Shown here piece after piece: positions 27,518-37,345 of a stretch of 64,000 bases of DNA. Source of the stretch: a candidate division FCPU426 bacterium (lineage in GTDB: Bacteria > Oederibacteriota > Muellerivitia > Muellerivitales > Muellerivitaceae); assembly GCA_963738405.1 (NCBI GenBank), contig CAVTWJ010000011.1, positions 27,903 to 91,902 of the forward strand. The letters run 5' to 3'. Below the pieces are notes generated by a model. That model searched no databases, was not told the origin of the DNA, and worked only from the letters and a program-made list of their open reading frames with translations. Position 1 is the first letter of the stretch, and every line of letters starts with the position of its first letter. The position numbers and the translations under genes are program-made.

Positions 27518-28828
27518 GTGAAAAAATCATCCTTTGTCTTTCTTATGTTGGCCCTGCTTTGGGCTTCGGTCCGTCAAGATGTTCTTGGCGCCGATAGCTC
27601 AGTTCGAACCGAAACGGCCGCCACAACCAGCGTAAGGAGTGGTATTTTCCTGGACCCCGCCCAGGCGGGTCCCGGGGAAGTTTGGGATGTGGATGAGGAA
27701 AAGGCAGCAGCTTTCCCCCATGATTCTCCATCCCAGGGATATTTAAACCTCCATGGAAACGGTTTTTTTGAAGCCATGGCGGAAGAGGGGCCGGATAGGG
27801 GCCGAGCCGATTTTTCAGCGCCCAATCGGCTGACGGCGGACCTGGGAATCCCGTTGGGCTCTATTCAGTTTGTGAACTTGGAAGTCGCTCTGACCAGCGA
27901 CCTCGCGCTGGTTCCTCAAACGGGAACTCCGCAGATTTTTCAGATCGGGGAAAACCAAATGAGTTCTCCTTTCGTGGACGCGCAGGCCCCCAATCGCACC
28001 CCCCTGTCGGGTCTTACCTTAAGCGACACTTTGGCCTTGGACTCGGCGGATAAGAGCTGCCTAAAAATCTTCGCGGCACCGCGCGGCCAATCCACCGAAG
28101 GCCCTATCGCTTATTTCGACCGCCTTTCCGGAATCATGAATCCGGATAGGCCCCTGGGAGACTCGGTGGGACAGGGGGAAGGGATAGAATCCAGCATGGT
28201 CATCGGAGGGGCGTTGGAACTCGGGGGTCTTCATATTGAAACCTCCATGTTTAACGGAATGGAGTCCAATCCCACTCAGGTGGATCTACCCATCGGTACC
28301 CCCGATTCCTATGCCATTCGGCTGATTCAGGTGATCGACTCTGGGCTGATGCTCATGGCTTCCTATGCCGATGCCCATGATCCTGAGCCGGGTATTGCCG
28401 ATTCCAACCGCTATTCCGTTTCACTTTATACGGGTCTTCCCCTTTCGCCAGCCTGGACATGGCATAACACCCTTGTTTATGGCGGCATCACGAATATGGA
28501 TAACGCAGCATTTCTCAATTCAGCCCTGGAAGAGTTCACTCTTATTAATGAGAAGATGGCTGTTTATGGGCGGTTCGAGGCGGTTCAGAGAACACCCAAC
28601 CAATTGGGTATTCCTGGTCTTCCAGAACCGGATACCGGCCGGTGGGTCACGGCGCTCACCCTGGGTTACAGTCATCAGATCATCGCTTGGGATGGATGGG
28701 AACTAAGGGCCGGTGCCGAAGTGGCCAATAGCCAGACTCCGGCGGATTATTCGCTTTTTTACGCGGGCAATCCCTTTTCCTATAAATTTTTCTTTCAGTT
28801 GGGCGGGTTTCAGTCATATGGCCTGTAA
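27518..28828 (+). CDS. Putative outer-membrane beta-barrel protein of unknown function
   Basis: Signal peptide; alternating amphipathic strands in the C-terminal half (WTWHNTLVYG, VYGRFEAVQR, ALTLGYSH, LRAGAEV). Start uncertain (27452 or 27518). Confidence 0.6.
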   Translation: MKKSSFVFLMLALLWASVRQDVLGADSSVRTETAATTSVRSGIFLDPAQAGPGEVWDVDEEKAAAFPHDSPSQGYLNLHGNGFFEAMAEEGPDRGRADFSAPNRLTADLGIPLGSIQFVNLEVALTSDLALVPQTGTPQIFQIGENQMSSPFVDAQAPNRTPLSGLTLSDTLALDSADKSCLKIFAAPRGQSTEGPIAYFDRLSGIMNPDRPLGDSVGQGEGIESSMVIGGALELGGLHIETSMFNGMESNPTQVDLPIGTPDSYAIRLIQVIDSGLMLMASYADAHDPEPGIADSNRYSVSLYTGLPLSPAWTWHNTLVYGGITNMDNAAFLNSALEEFTLINEKMAVYGRFEAVQRTPNQLGIPGLPEPDTGRWVTALTLGYSHQIIAWDGWELRAGAEVANSQTPADYSLFYAGNPFSYKFFFQLGGFQSYGL

Positions 28829-28872
28829 CCCTTTGGCCCTTTATGTTCTACAAACCTAGGGGAGGAGATGAA

Positions 28873-29487
28873 ATGAATCGAGGGTTCAAAAAGCTTAACT
28901 TCGCGGTTTTAACGGCCATTTTTCTCGCGGTCATGCCTCAAGTCTTTGCCGCGGGGGCCGTCGCAACCTCAAAAAATGAGCCTGTCACAGAGACTCCCAT
29001 GTCCCTGGAGGACTTAGGTTTTACCAAGCAGGACATTCAAAGCGACCCCCAATTTCAGAAGGATTTGGAAACCCGTTCCGACATGCTAAGAATTCACCAG
29101 ACCCTGGGGCTCATCACCGCAGTGCCCATGACGGCCCAATTCGTGATCGGCCTTTCCACGGAGAACAGCGTGGCCCATGGAAATACGGATACCACGCTTC
29201 ATACCACTTTAGGCCTCGCCACCGCGGCCCTTTACGGCACCACCGCCATGTTCGCCATCCTCGCGCCCAAACCGCCGGGGCTCAAACCCAGCGGAAACAC
29301 CGAAGTTCATGAGGACCTTTCCTGGATCCATCTGCCCCTCATGATTCTGGTACCTCTGGTGGGTGATATGATCAATGACCGTATCGCCAACCACCAACCC
29401 ATCGGAAATTTGGGGGTGGTTCACGGCATCATGGCCACCACCTTGCTGGCTTCCTACCTAACTTCCGTGACGGTCATGACTTTTTAA
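28873..29487 (+). CDS. Four-helix His-containing membrane protein (cytochrome b561-like)
   Basis: Signal peptide, then four hydrophobic segments each starting near a His (IHQTLG, LHTTLG, VHEDLSWIH, VHGIMA); adjacent to yceI. Confidence 0.6.
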   Translation: MNRGFKKLNFAVLTAIFLAVMPQVFAAGAVATSKNEPVTETPMSLEDLGFTKQDIQSDPQFQKDLETRSDMLRIHQTLGLITAVPMTAQFVIGLSTENSVAHGNTDTTLHTTLGLATAALYGTTAMFAILAPKPPGLKPSGNTEVHEDLSWIHLPLMILVPLVGDMINDRIANHQPIGNLGVVHGIMATTLLASYLTSVTVMTF

Positions 29488-29500
29488 GGAGAGGCGCCCT

Positions 29501-30067
29501 ATGAAACACTTTTTAATCTTTATTGCGACCCTCTGCCTCCCCACTATCGGGTTTTGCGGTGAATCCCAATGGATACTCGACAAGTCGGAAATTTCCTATC
29601 AGGTGACCCATCCATTGCACGTGGTTCATGGTAAAAGTTTGTCCGCCAGGGGAAAGGGCATCCGGGAAGGGAGCCATTGGAATTTTTTAGTGGCCGTACC
29701 CGTGAAAACTTTTGATTCCGGGGATAACAACCGGGACCTTCATATGCTAGAAGTCACCAAGGCGGGCCTCTATCCCATCATTCAAGTGACCGCGCGAACG
29801 GGTGAAATCCCGGCCAATTCCAAGCCTTCGACCCTAACGGCTGATTTAGAAATCAACTTCGCGGGCAAAAAGGTGAAATGTCCCAATGTTTCCTTGAAGG
29901 TGATTGATTGGACAAAAGACGGAGCCCATATCGCCGCAAAAATCTCCTTAAGCCTCAAGGCCTATGACATTACGCCCCCAAGCCTTTTGGCCATGCCGGT
30001 GCAGGATGAAGTTCCGATCACTTTGGATATGGTTTGGAAGAGGGTTGAAAAGTCGGCCAACAAATAA
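29501..30067 (+). CDS. YceI-family lipid/polyisoprenoid-binding protein
   Basis: WILDKSEISYQVTHPLHVVHG, FDSGDNNRDLHM..YP.I, YDITPPS. Confidence 0.88.
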   Translation: MKHFLIFIATLCLPTIGFCGESQWILDKSEISYQVTHPLHVVHGKSLSARGKGIREGSHWNFLVAVPVKTFDSGDNNRDLHMLEVTKAGLYPIIQVTARTGEIPANSKPSTLTADLEINFAGKKVKCPNVSLKVIDWTKDGAHIAAKISLSLKAYDITPPSLLAMPVQDEVPITLDMVWKRVEKSANK

Positions 30068-30140
30068 GTTTCCTTGGAAAATTTATTCTTTTCGGGTCTT
30101 TTATGCTAAGTCTTGGATGAGTGAAAGGATTTAACGGGTT

Positions 30141-31766
30141 ATGAAATACGCTTTTTTTCTATTATTCATATTTAAAATGACCCCCATTTTTGCCGCTCCG
30201 GCCACCGCGCCAAAAGATAAACCCTTTGAGCTTTATCCCCAGTCCAACGGCGGCACGCCTGTCACCTTCACTAAAACCCCCATTCCCTGGGATAAAGACG
30301 GCAAAAACTGGGATTTCAAATACGGCACCAAGGTCAATATCACCATCGATGCCAGCCAGGTTCTGCGCAACATCACCCCCTACCAATTCGGCAACAACTT
30401 GTGCTGGTACGACGGGCGTGATTGGGTCAATGATTCGGACCGGACGGATAAGGCCCAGCAGGGCGGCTTTCGTTTCTGGCGTTTTCCGGGAGGCAGTTCC
30501 TCGGACCTCTATAACTGGGACGGCATTTACGACCAGGCCGCCCCGGACCAAACCAACCCCGGCCACATGAACGAAAGCTGGGCCACTTCCACGGACAATT
30601 ACATCGAATTTTGCGAGAACACCAATTCGGAAGGCATCATCACGGTCAATTACAGCGCCGCGCGCTATGCCACGGTGAAATATGCCGCCGACCTGGCCTC
30701 CCGCTGGGTGGGATATTTCAAACAGAAGGGCTTCAAAATACGTTACTGGGAAATCGGAAACGAGCTTTACGGCAACTGGGAAGAGGGAAATACCCTTGCC
30801 GGTAAGCCCCAACTGACGGGCGATGTCTATGGCGCTGATTTCCAGGTCATTGCCCAAGCCATGCGCCAGGCGGACCCGGATATTTTCATTGGCGCGGTGA
30901 CCTATGAAAAGGACGGGCCGGGGGAATGGGATGGCCACCACAACTGGACCCGCAAACTCATCGGCGCCCTAAGTGGAAAAGCCGACTTTTTCATTTTGCA
31001 CCAATATTTTCTTTACCCATTTAAAAATGGCGACGCGAATCAATATGTGGACCCTTCCAATGAGACCCTTTTCGGCAACCTGCATGAACTGGGAGATGAT
31101 CTAGCTTCCATGCGAAAGATGGCGGCTGAAACCTCTCCGGGCCAAGAGACCCTGCCGGTGGCCCTGACCGAATTCAACATCCTCAACGCCTCGCCCACCC
31201 AGACGATTCAGTTGATCAATGGGCTCTATACCTCCGAGGTTTTGGGAGAATCCATCAAGGTAGGTTATGCCGCTTCAAACTATTGGGACTGGAAAAATGG
31301 TATGGATACCAAATTGAATGGGGATATGGGCATGCTGGCCTGCCGGGATAACAACACCCGGGATGATACTCCCCGGCCCAGCTATTACGCCTACGCCCTC
31401 TATAACAAGGCCTTCGGGGACAAGATGATTGAGGCCGAGAGTTCGGACCCCGCTTTCAAGGTTTACGCCAGCCGCTTCTCGACGGGGGAGGTGGGTTTGA
31501 TTTTGGTGAATGAAAGCGGCGATAACCGCTGGGCCTCCTTTGATATCAAGGGTTTCCAGCCCAAGGGAAAGTTGATGGGATGGGTTTTGGCGGGGAAGGG
31601 CCTCAACGAAACCCAATGCACCTGGAACGGCCAGCCCGGGCCCATTGGCGGGGGCGGTCCCTTCCCGCTGGATAACATCAAACCCTATCGCGGAAGTTTC
31701 AAGACGGACCGAACGCTTCAACTGCCCCTGGCGCCCTATTCGGCGACGGGAATTATTTTGTATTGA
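30141..31766 (+). CDS. Secreted clan GH-A glycoside hydrolase (GH51/GH44/GH79-like), no CTD
   Basis: RFPGGSSSD, YWEIGNE (acid/base), ALTEFN (nucleophile), C-terminal beta-sandwich. Confidence 0.85.
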   Translation: MKYAFFLLFIFKMTPIFAAPATAPKDKPFELYPQSNGGTPVTFTKTPIPWDKDGKNWDFKYGTKVNITIDASQVLRNITPYQFGNNLCWYDGRDWVNDSDRTDKAQQGGFRFWRFPGGSSSDLYNWDGIYDQAAPDQTNPGHMNESWATSTDNYIEFCENTNSEGIITVNYSAARYATVKYAADLASRWVGYFKQKGFKIRYWEIGNELYGNWEEGNTLAGKPQLTGDVYGADFQVIAQAMRQADPDIFIGAVTYEKDGPGEWDGHHNWTRKLIGALSGKADFFILHQYFLYPFKNGDANQYVDPSNETLFGNLHELGDDLASMRKMAAETSPGQETLPVALTEFNILNASPTQTIQLINGLYTSEVLGESIKVGYAASNYWDWKNGMDTKLNGDMGMLACRDNNTRDDTPRPSYYAYALYNKAFGDKMIEAESSDPAFKVYASRFSTGEVGLILVNESGDNRWASFDIKGFQPKGKLMGWVLAGKGLNETQCTWNGQPGPIGGGGPFPLDNIKPYRGSFKTDRTLQLPLAPYSATGIILY

Positions 31767-31857
31767 GATATCTGAAAAACTCTAATAGAGCGTCAACCAG
31801 AGATCTCGACCCCTAAGATTTCCGCAGGAAATCGAGGGGTTACCTTGGAATGTTTTC

Positions 31858-31888
31858 CTGAAAAAGGCGGTGAAGCCGACTTTTTCAG
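31858..31888. terminator. Putative bidirectional intrinsic terminator
   Basis: CTGAAAAAG-G-CGG-TGAAG-CCG-A-CTTTTTCAG hairpin flanked by A and T tracts, downstream of the GH gene. Confidence 0.45.
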
Positions 31889-31924
31889 AGGTTAAATATT
31901 AGAAACGGCAAGGATTTACCAGCC

Positions 31925-32455
31925 GTGAAGAAACGATCCTTCGAAAAACAAAAGTCCACTGAAACCCCGGCGCAAAGGTTGGAACACGGCCTTCAGATCG
32001 GCATTCGGGCATCCCTGGCGGCCCTTCTTTCGGCCCTGGTCGCCTTTCGTTTGGGCATGGCCTATCCCATTTACGCCGTCATTGCCGCTGTGGTCGTTAC
32101 CGATAATTCCCCGGAAGTGACCCGCCGTCTGGTTATGGCGAGACTGATGGGAACAATCATTGGAGCCATTTTGGGCGCGCTCTTTGGCACCCTTCTAGGC
32201 CATGGACCGCTTGCCATGGCGGCTGGGGTTCTCATTTCTATCTTGTTTTGTGATTTGATCGGCTTAAGGAATACTCAACGCATCACAGGTTATATCGCTG
32301 GAATTGTCATTTTATTCCATGGGGATTCCCCTTGGAGTTACGCCAGGGACCGCTTTATCGAAACAACTCTAGGATTGGCATTCGCGTTTCTCGTCGGGTG
32401 GGCCATGGAGGTTGTGATGAAAAAAGCGAAGCTTGCCCTTCCGGTGAAGGATTGA
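31925..32455 (+). CDS. FUSC / aromatic-acid-exporter family membrane protein
   Basis: YAVIAAVVV, ARLMGTIIGAILG, RFIETTLG. Confidence 0.85.
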   Translation: MKKRSFEKQKSTETPAQRLEHGLQIGIRASLAALLSALVAFRLGMAYPIYAVIAAVVVTDNSPEVTRRLVMARLMGTIIGAILGALFGTLLGHGPLAMAAGVLISILFCDLIGLRNTQRITGYIAGIVILFHGDSPWSYARDRFIETTLGLAFAFLVGWAMEVVMKKAKLALPVKD

Positions 32456-32457
32456 AA

Positions 32458-33231
32458 ATGCTCCCGCAGATGTTATTGATTCTTGTTTGGGTGATTGGCT
32501 TTGGAATTTTTGGACCGGCAAATGGAGGGGTTTCGGAACCCGCAGTAACGGAAGTTCAGATTCAAAACCACCGTTGCTTATTGGTAACTCCCTCAAACCT
32601 TTCGGCGGAAGCTCCGGTGGTCTTTATTCTGCATGGCCTGGGCGCCAATGCCGAAGATCTGTTCCCCCTGATTGAAGCGATGAACCTGCCCCCCTGCCGC
32701 TATATTTTGCCGGACGCGCCTATTCCGATATCCGACCATGCTTTCGCCTGGTACAACCAACAAACCAACAGCCGCGAAGATGTGGTTAAGAGCCGGGATT
32801 ATTTGTTCGGGCTCATGAACCGGTTTTCAACCGAGGGTGAAAAACAAGGCCATGCCCGTCCGGTCATCCTGCTGGGTTTTTCCCAAGGGGGCGTCATGGC
32901 CCTGGAGGCAGGTTTGAATGACAAAGGCAAGGTGGCGGCGATTGTTTCAATGAGCGGTTATATCTGGAACCCCGGCAAAACCTTGGCCCATCCCCTGGCG
33001 CCCCTAAACACACCCATTCTCATGGTGCATGGAACGGAAGACGTAATTGTGCAGGAGGACTTGACCCAAAAGACTGTCACGGCACTTAAACAGGCAGGAT
33101 ACAAACCGATTTTTAAGGAATTTGAAATGGGCCATCAAATTTCCAAAGACTCCCTCGCCGAAGTCACCCAATATCTTCAAAAAATATTGATCCCTTTATC
33201 CTCTAATCCGGCTCCTTCTTCTATTATGTGA
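32458..33231 (+). CDS. Alpha/beta hydrolase (phospholipase/carboxylesterase)
   Basis: LHGLGA, GFSQGG nucleophile elbow, HGTEDVIV, MGHQI. Confidence 0.92.
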   Translation: MLPQMLLILVWVIGFGIFGPANGGVSEPAVTEVQIQNHRCLLVTPSNLSAEAPVVFILHGLGANAEDLFPLIEAMNLPPCRYILPDAPIPISDHAFAWYNQQTNSREDVVKSRDYLFGLMNRFSTEGEKQGHARPVILLGFSQGGVMALEAGLNDKGKVAAIVSMSGYIWNPGKTLAHPLAPLNTPILMVHGTEDVIVQEDLTQKTVTALKQAGYKPIFKEFEMGHQISKDSLAEVTQYLQKILIPLSSNPAPSSIM

Positions 33232-33308
33232 GTATGCAGCCTGACAAGCGTTTATAATTTTAGATAAGGTTTATCCCCCAATCCTTCGGCATTCAAGAAA
33301 GCCTTCCC

Positions 33309-33704
33309 ATGGCGCTCACTTTTCAAATTGAAACTCAAACGGACTATCTGCTGATGATTTATCACGGTGCCTACGATTCTTCGTTGGCTGATGAGTTCAC
33401 GGATCAAATATTGAACGCCTGTAAAACCCATAAGCCCGCCAGGCTTTTAATCGACCTGCGCAAGGTGAAGGGGAACATGACCACCATGGACAGGTTCAAC
33501 CTTTCCGTCATCGCGGCCGCAAAATATTTAGGAGCCAAGCTGACCGGAAAAATTCCAAGCTGCCGGTACGCCATCGTGGGGAACCATCCCTTGGTGGACC
33601 CCGGAAAATTCGAGGAAACGGTCGCCATTAACCGGGGAATCAACGTAAGAACCTTCACTTCAATGGACCATGCAGTTTCCTGGCTGGAAATTGGACTTCC
33701 ATAA
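33309..33704 (+). CDS. Hypothetical protein (SpoIIAA/STAS-like fold)
   Basis: LLIDLR..G, FEETVAINRG.NVRTF.S.DHAVSWL pattern typical of SpoIIAA-like small proteins. Confidence 0.65.
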   Translation: MALTFQIETQTDYLLMIYHGAYDSSLADEFTDQILNACKTHKPARLLIDLRKVKGNMTTMDRFNLSVIAAAKYLGAKLTGKIPSCRYAIVGNHPLVDPGKFEETVAINRGINVRTFTSMDHAVSWLEIGLP

Positions 33705-35595
33705 GGTGCCCCAACCCTTTCGATTTTCCTGGTGGTTTCTGCCACTGCTCGCGGGCTTTCTCCTTCTCTTCCTCTTTTCCGCCAAAGCCATCGTCAATTC
33801 GGACCTAGGCTTCCACTTAAAGAGCGGCCAGTGGATGGTTCAAAACCATGCCGTTCCCAGGGTGGATAGTTACACCTACACCTCGGCAGGGAACCCCTAT
33901 GTGGATTCCCATTGGTTTTATCAATTGGTACTTTATGGAGTTTATAAAGTTGGAAGTTATCCGGCTCTAACCCTCATGAATATGGCGGTTCTGGGCGCGG
34001 TTTTTATGCTCATTCTTGTTCGCTTTCGTCTGGCCCAGGCGCCTCTTTGGGCCTATTCACCCCTCATGGTCACGGCGGTATTTTGTATCGAACGCAGGAT
34101 TCTCATCCGCCCTGAAATCTTTTCCTGGTTTCTCCTTTGCGCCACGCTGGTCGTTTTGGACCTCTGGTATATGGAAAAGAAGAACCTCTTATGGGTATTG
34201 GTCGTTCTTCAGTTTTTTTGGGTGAACATTGAGGGACTGTTCGTTTTGGGCTGGATTGTCACGGCCTCCTATTGGGCCGGAAGCTGTCTCAAACGCAAAA
34301 GATTAGACAAAAAACTACTGCAATATGGGTTGATGGCCCTAGCCGCGGATTTGGCAAATCCTAATTTCATCACTGGCATGGCCTATCCCTTTTCCTTTAT
34401 CTCGAAACTTCAAGGCGATATTTACCATGAAACCATCACGGAACTTTTTTCCGTCTCTAAGTTTTTGTCCAAGCAGAACCTGCATTTCGACTCTAATTTG
34501 AACCTTTTTGTCTTTTTTGCCTTTGCGGGGGTTACCTTTGCGCTGGTGTTGTTAACCTTCCGGAATCGAAAAGCACATGAAATGCTGATTTTGGGGATAT
34601 TCTTTTATTTGGCCATGACCGCGGTGAGAAACATTCCTCTTTTTGTGCTGACGGCCCTTCCGATTTGCGCTGTTTCCTTGCGCGATTTGAAACCCCGTTG
34701 GGATGGCTGGGTGGGGAAGGCCATTCCCTTGGTTTGGACAAAGCGAAACCTTCCCATTCTTTTGACCCTCTTGTGTTTGCTTTTTGGCCTTCGGATTGTC
34801 ACCAATGCCTATTACCTTTCCGACCGCAGGTCGGAAAGGTTTGGGTTAGGGTTGGATAAAGACCAAATGCCGGTGGGCGCGGCTGAATTTCTGACCCAAA
34901 ACCATCTCGACGGCAAGATCATCAACATGACCAACTTCGGGGGGTGGTTCGATTGGGCGGCGCCCCAGCCCACCTTTATTGACGGCCGGTGGGAAATCCA
35001 AAACGGCGATATTTATAAACAATATTTGGATATGGCCTTCAACAATGGTCTTGCCCGTGGGGTCATTGTCTATAACCCACAATTGATCGTGTTTGAACCC
35101 CGCTATCCCCCCTCTTGGGTCAAGCAATTGATCCAGATGCCCGACTGGCGGCCCATTTACCTGGATGGATGCGCGGCTATTTACGCGAAAAAGGATTACG
35201 ACCCTCAAATACCGGCGTTGGAAGATAAGAATATTTTAAATGGGTTCGGCCTCAAGACGGCTAGCGACGCGGAAACGGAAAATGCCCTCAACCTTATCCA
35301 TCCCTCGTCCTTGGGCTCTTGGCTTGATGGTTTTATCAACCCGCAAAGCTATCCCTTGGGACTTCTGAATGGAGGCGTTTTCGCCAGTGATAATAACGAC
35401 CCCGTCCTCTCGAGCGCTTTCTACCTGGAAATGCTTCGGGAGACGGGGGGCCTCTATGAGGAAATTTGGTTTGATCTGGCCAACGAGAGCCTGAAATTGA
35501 GGAATTTAGAAACCGCGAAACTTTGTTATCGCAAGGTCCTGGAGGTTGATCCCTCCAACGGCATCGCAAGGCAAATGGCTCTCAAGAATTTTTAA
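33670..35595 (+). CDS. Polytopic membrane protein, probable GT-C-fold glycosyltransferase-like, with C-terminal TPR
   Basis: DLGFHL..G.W after TM1, RPEIFS, WVNIEGLFVLG, FIDGRWE, ~11 TMs, terminal TPR. The start may be GTG 33706. Confidence 0.65.
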   Translation: MQFPGWKLDFHKVPQPFRFSWWFLPLLAGFLLLFLFSAKAIVNSDLGFHLKSGQWMVQNHAVPRVDSYTYTSAGNPYVDSHWFYQLVLYGVYKVGSYPALTLMNMAVLGAVFMLILVRFRLAQAPLWAYSPLMVTAVFCIERRILIRPEIFSWFLLCATLVVLDLWYMEKKNLLWVLVVLQFFWVNIEGLFVLGWIVTASYWAGSCLKRKRLDKKLLQYGLMALAADLANPNFITGMAYPFSFISKLQGDIYHETITELFSVSKFLSKQNLHFDSNLNLFVFFAFAGVTFALVLLTFRNRKAHEMLILGIFFYLAMTAVRNIPLFVLTALPICAVSLRDLKPRWDGWVGKAIPLVWTKRNLPILLTLLCLLFGLRIVTNAYYLSDRRSERFGLGLDKDQMPVGAAEFLTQNHLDGKIINMTNFGGWFDWAAPQPTFIDGRWEIQNGDIYKQYLDMAFNNGLARGVIVYNPQLIVFEPRYPPSWVKQLIQMPDWRPIYLDGCAAIYAKKDYDPQIPALEDKNILNGFGLKTASDAETENALNLIHPSSLGSWLDGFINPQSYPLGLLNGGVFASDNNDPVLSSAFYLEMLRETGGLYEEIWFDLANESLKLRNLETAKLCYRKVLEVDPSNGIARQMALKNF

Positions 35596-35625
35596 AGCCG
35601 CCGGTTTGAAATCCCCGGCTTTAGC
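35523..35625 (+). repeat. Left copy of a diverged ~100-bp direct repeat (gene 3' end plus downstream 30 bp)
   Basis: Manual alignment to 53020-53121 shows about 11 substitutions and 1 gap. Confidence 0.9.
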
Positions 35626-35936
35626 CAAGGACGTGCGAACTACGCGCGTGGCAGCCGTGCCAACCGGTCCCCTTAAGGGGATCCGTCGTGGTGGTGAAAG
35701 AATAGGTTTTGTTTGAATCTCTAAGGATCGGTCAAGCCTTGCAACCTTCGAAGAAAAACGATTGGAAAAACCCCAAAACAGGCGATTATCTACCGAACCC
35801 AAGATCTCAAGCCCTGTGAATACCCCTCTTTCCCACCCGGTTCCATGTACCGGAGTTTATTTACCAACCTAAGGGACAAAAAAATGCTCAGGTATCACGG
35901 TACAATGGAATAAACCTGTTGGGTTAAAGCATTAAG

Positions 35937-36524
35937 GTGTTAGGAGATCTTTTGGAAGCAAGGGAATTAGTCCAAAAAGTCCTCCAGGGCGACGCGAAGG
36001 CGGCCCAGGAATTCGTGGATCGGTACCGAGGCTATATGTATAAGACCTGTTCCAACATCCTGGGCTATCGCGACCCCGATGCCGAAGACATGGTGCAAGA
36101 GGCATTTATCATTGTTTTTCGCAAGCTCTCCAAATTCGAGTTTCGTATATCACTGGAACCCTGGCTCGCCCAAATCTGTGTTTATTTATGCTTTCGCCAT
36201 ATCAGGAAACGGATGCGTATGATTTCCAAATTAGATGAGGATTTGGAGTCGCTGGCCCTTCCTTCCGCTTTGGCCCGCCAGGAGCGGCTGGAGGAGGAAA
36301 ATTTAAGGGCGCAAAAACAAGTTTTTTTGGACTTGTGTTTGAAACAAATCGGTGAAGATTGCCGCAAGATCATTGAATTAAGGGAAAAAGAGGAAAAAAG
36401 CTACGCCGAGATCGGGAAATCGATGAGTATCCCCATCGGCACCGTCATGTCGAGATTATCCCGCTGTAAACAGGCGCTCATTACGCTAGCCCAGCAACGA
36501 TTGAGGGATAAAAAGAATGGATGA
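35937..36524 (+). CDS. ECF sigma-70 factor
   Basis: DAEDMVQEAF (region 2), SYAEIG....IPIGTVMSRLSR (region 4.2). Confidence 0.95.
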   Translation: MLGDLLEARELVQKVLQGDAKAAQEFVDRYRGYMYKTCSNILGYRDPDAEDMVQEAFIIVFRKLSKFEFRISLEPWLAQICVYLCFRHIRKRMRMISKLDEDLESLALPSALARQERLEEENLRAQKQVFLDLCLKQIGEDCRKIIELREKEEKSYAEIGKSMSIPIGTVMSRLSRCKQALITLAQQRLRDKKNG

Positions 36525-37161
36525 TTTGGTTAAAGCTTACTTTGAGAGGAACCTGTCCGAGGCGGAAGCCGGGGAACTGGAAAACCTCCTGAAAAATTCA
36601 CCCGAAAAGGCCCAACAATTCGCGGAATTGTCGGAAAAGGCCTATTTGGCCACAGGCCTCCCTGCGCATCAATGGCCAGGGCATTCAATCTCCATTCCCA
36701 AAATCGGAGGATTGGGTGCCAGCTGGAAATGGTGGCTGGCCCTTAGCGCCGCCAGCCTGGGTGCTTTGCTTTGGCATTTGAAAACCCAGCCTCCCGCAGA
36801 TGTTCCTGTAAACCAAAGCGCCCCGGTCGTTTCAGGGGTTCAAAACCATTTGCCCCAGCCAGCTAAGCAGGTCATTCCTCAAAAAATCCAGGTTCTTCCG
36901 CCGCAAAAGCAATGGGAGGGGGATCAATTAAGCGTTTTGGTGGAGACGGAAAAATCATCGCTGGTGACGGTGCGCATCCTGGACGACCAGGGCAAGGAAG
37001 TCCGCGCTCTTTTCGCGGGAGTTTTGGACAAGGGACAATGGAATTTTGTTTGGGATGGCTTGTTGGCGAATGGGAGCCAGGCCTTGAACGGTTCTTACAA
37101 GATCCAAGTTCAGAACGGGTCCCGTATTCTCTCGAAAACGGTGCATCTCGATTACAAATAA
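36517..37161 (+). CDS. Single-pass anti-sigma factor with periplasmic FlgD/T9SS-CTD-like Ig domain
   Basis: Overlaps the sigma stop; N-terminal helical anti-sigma-like segment (LVKAYFERNLSEAEAGELENLL), TM WKWWLALSAASLGALLW, Pro-rich linker, then VTVRILDDQGKEVRAL..WDGLLANG..NGSYKI. Confidence 0.8.
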   Translation: MDDLVKAYFERNLSEAEAGELENLLKNSPEKAQQFAELSEKAYLATGLPAHQWPGHSISIPKIGGLGASWKWWLALSAASLGALLWHLKTQPPADVPVNQSAPVVSGVQNHLPQPAKQVIPQKIQVLPPQKQWEGDQLSVLVETEKSSLVTVRILDDQGKEVRALFAGVLDKGQWNFVWDGLLANGSQALNGSYKIQVQNGSRILSKTVHLDYK

Positions 37162-37345
37162 CCACGCCCATGGAATTGGGCCCTGATGGTTGACCCGAGG
37201 GGAAGATCTCGCCGATGGGTTGCCCCCACAACAAAAATCCGAAACGATTTTCCCTCCCGGTCCGCGAACCGGTTCCGGCCCCCGGATACACGCGCGGGAA
37301 CCGGAAATAACATTTAATGTGACTCCTTCAAAAGAAAACGACATA

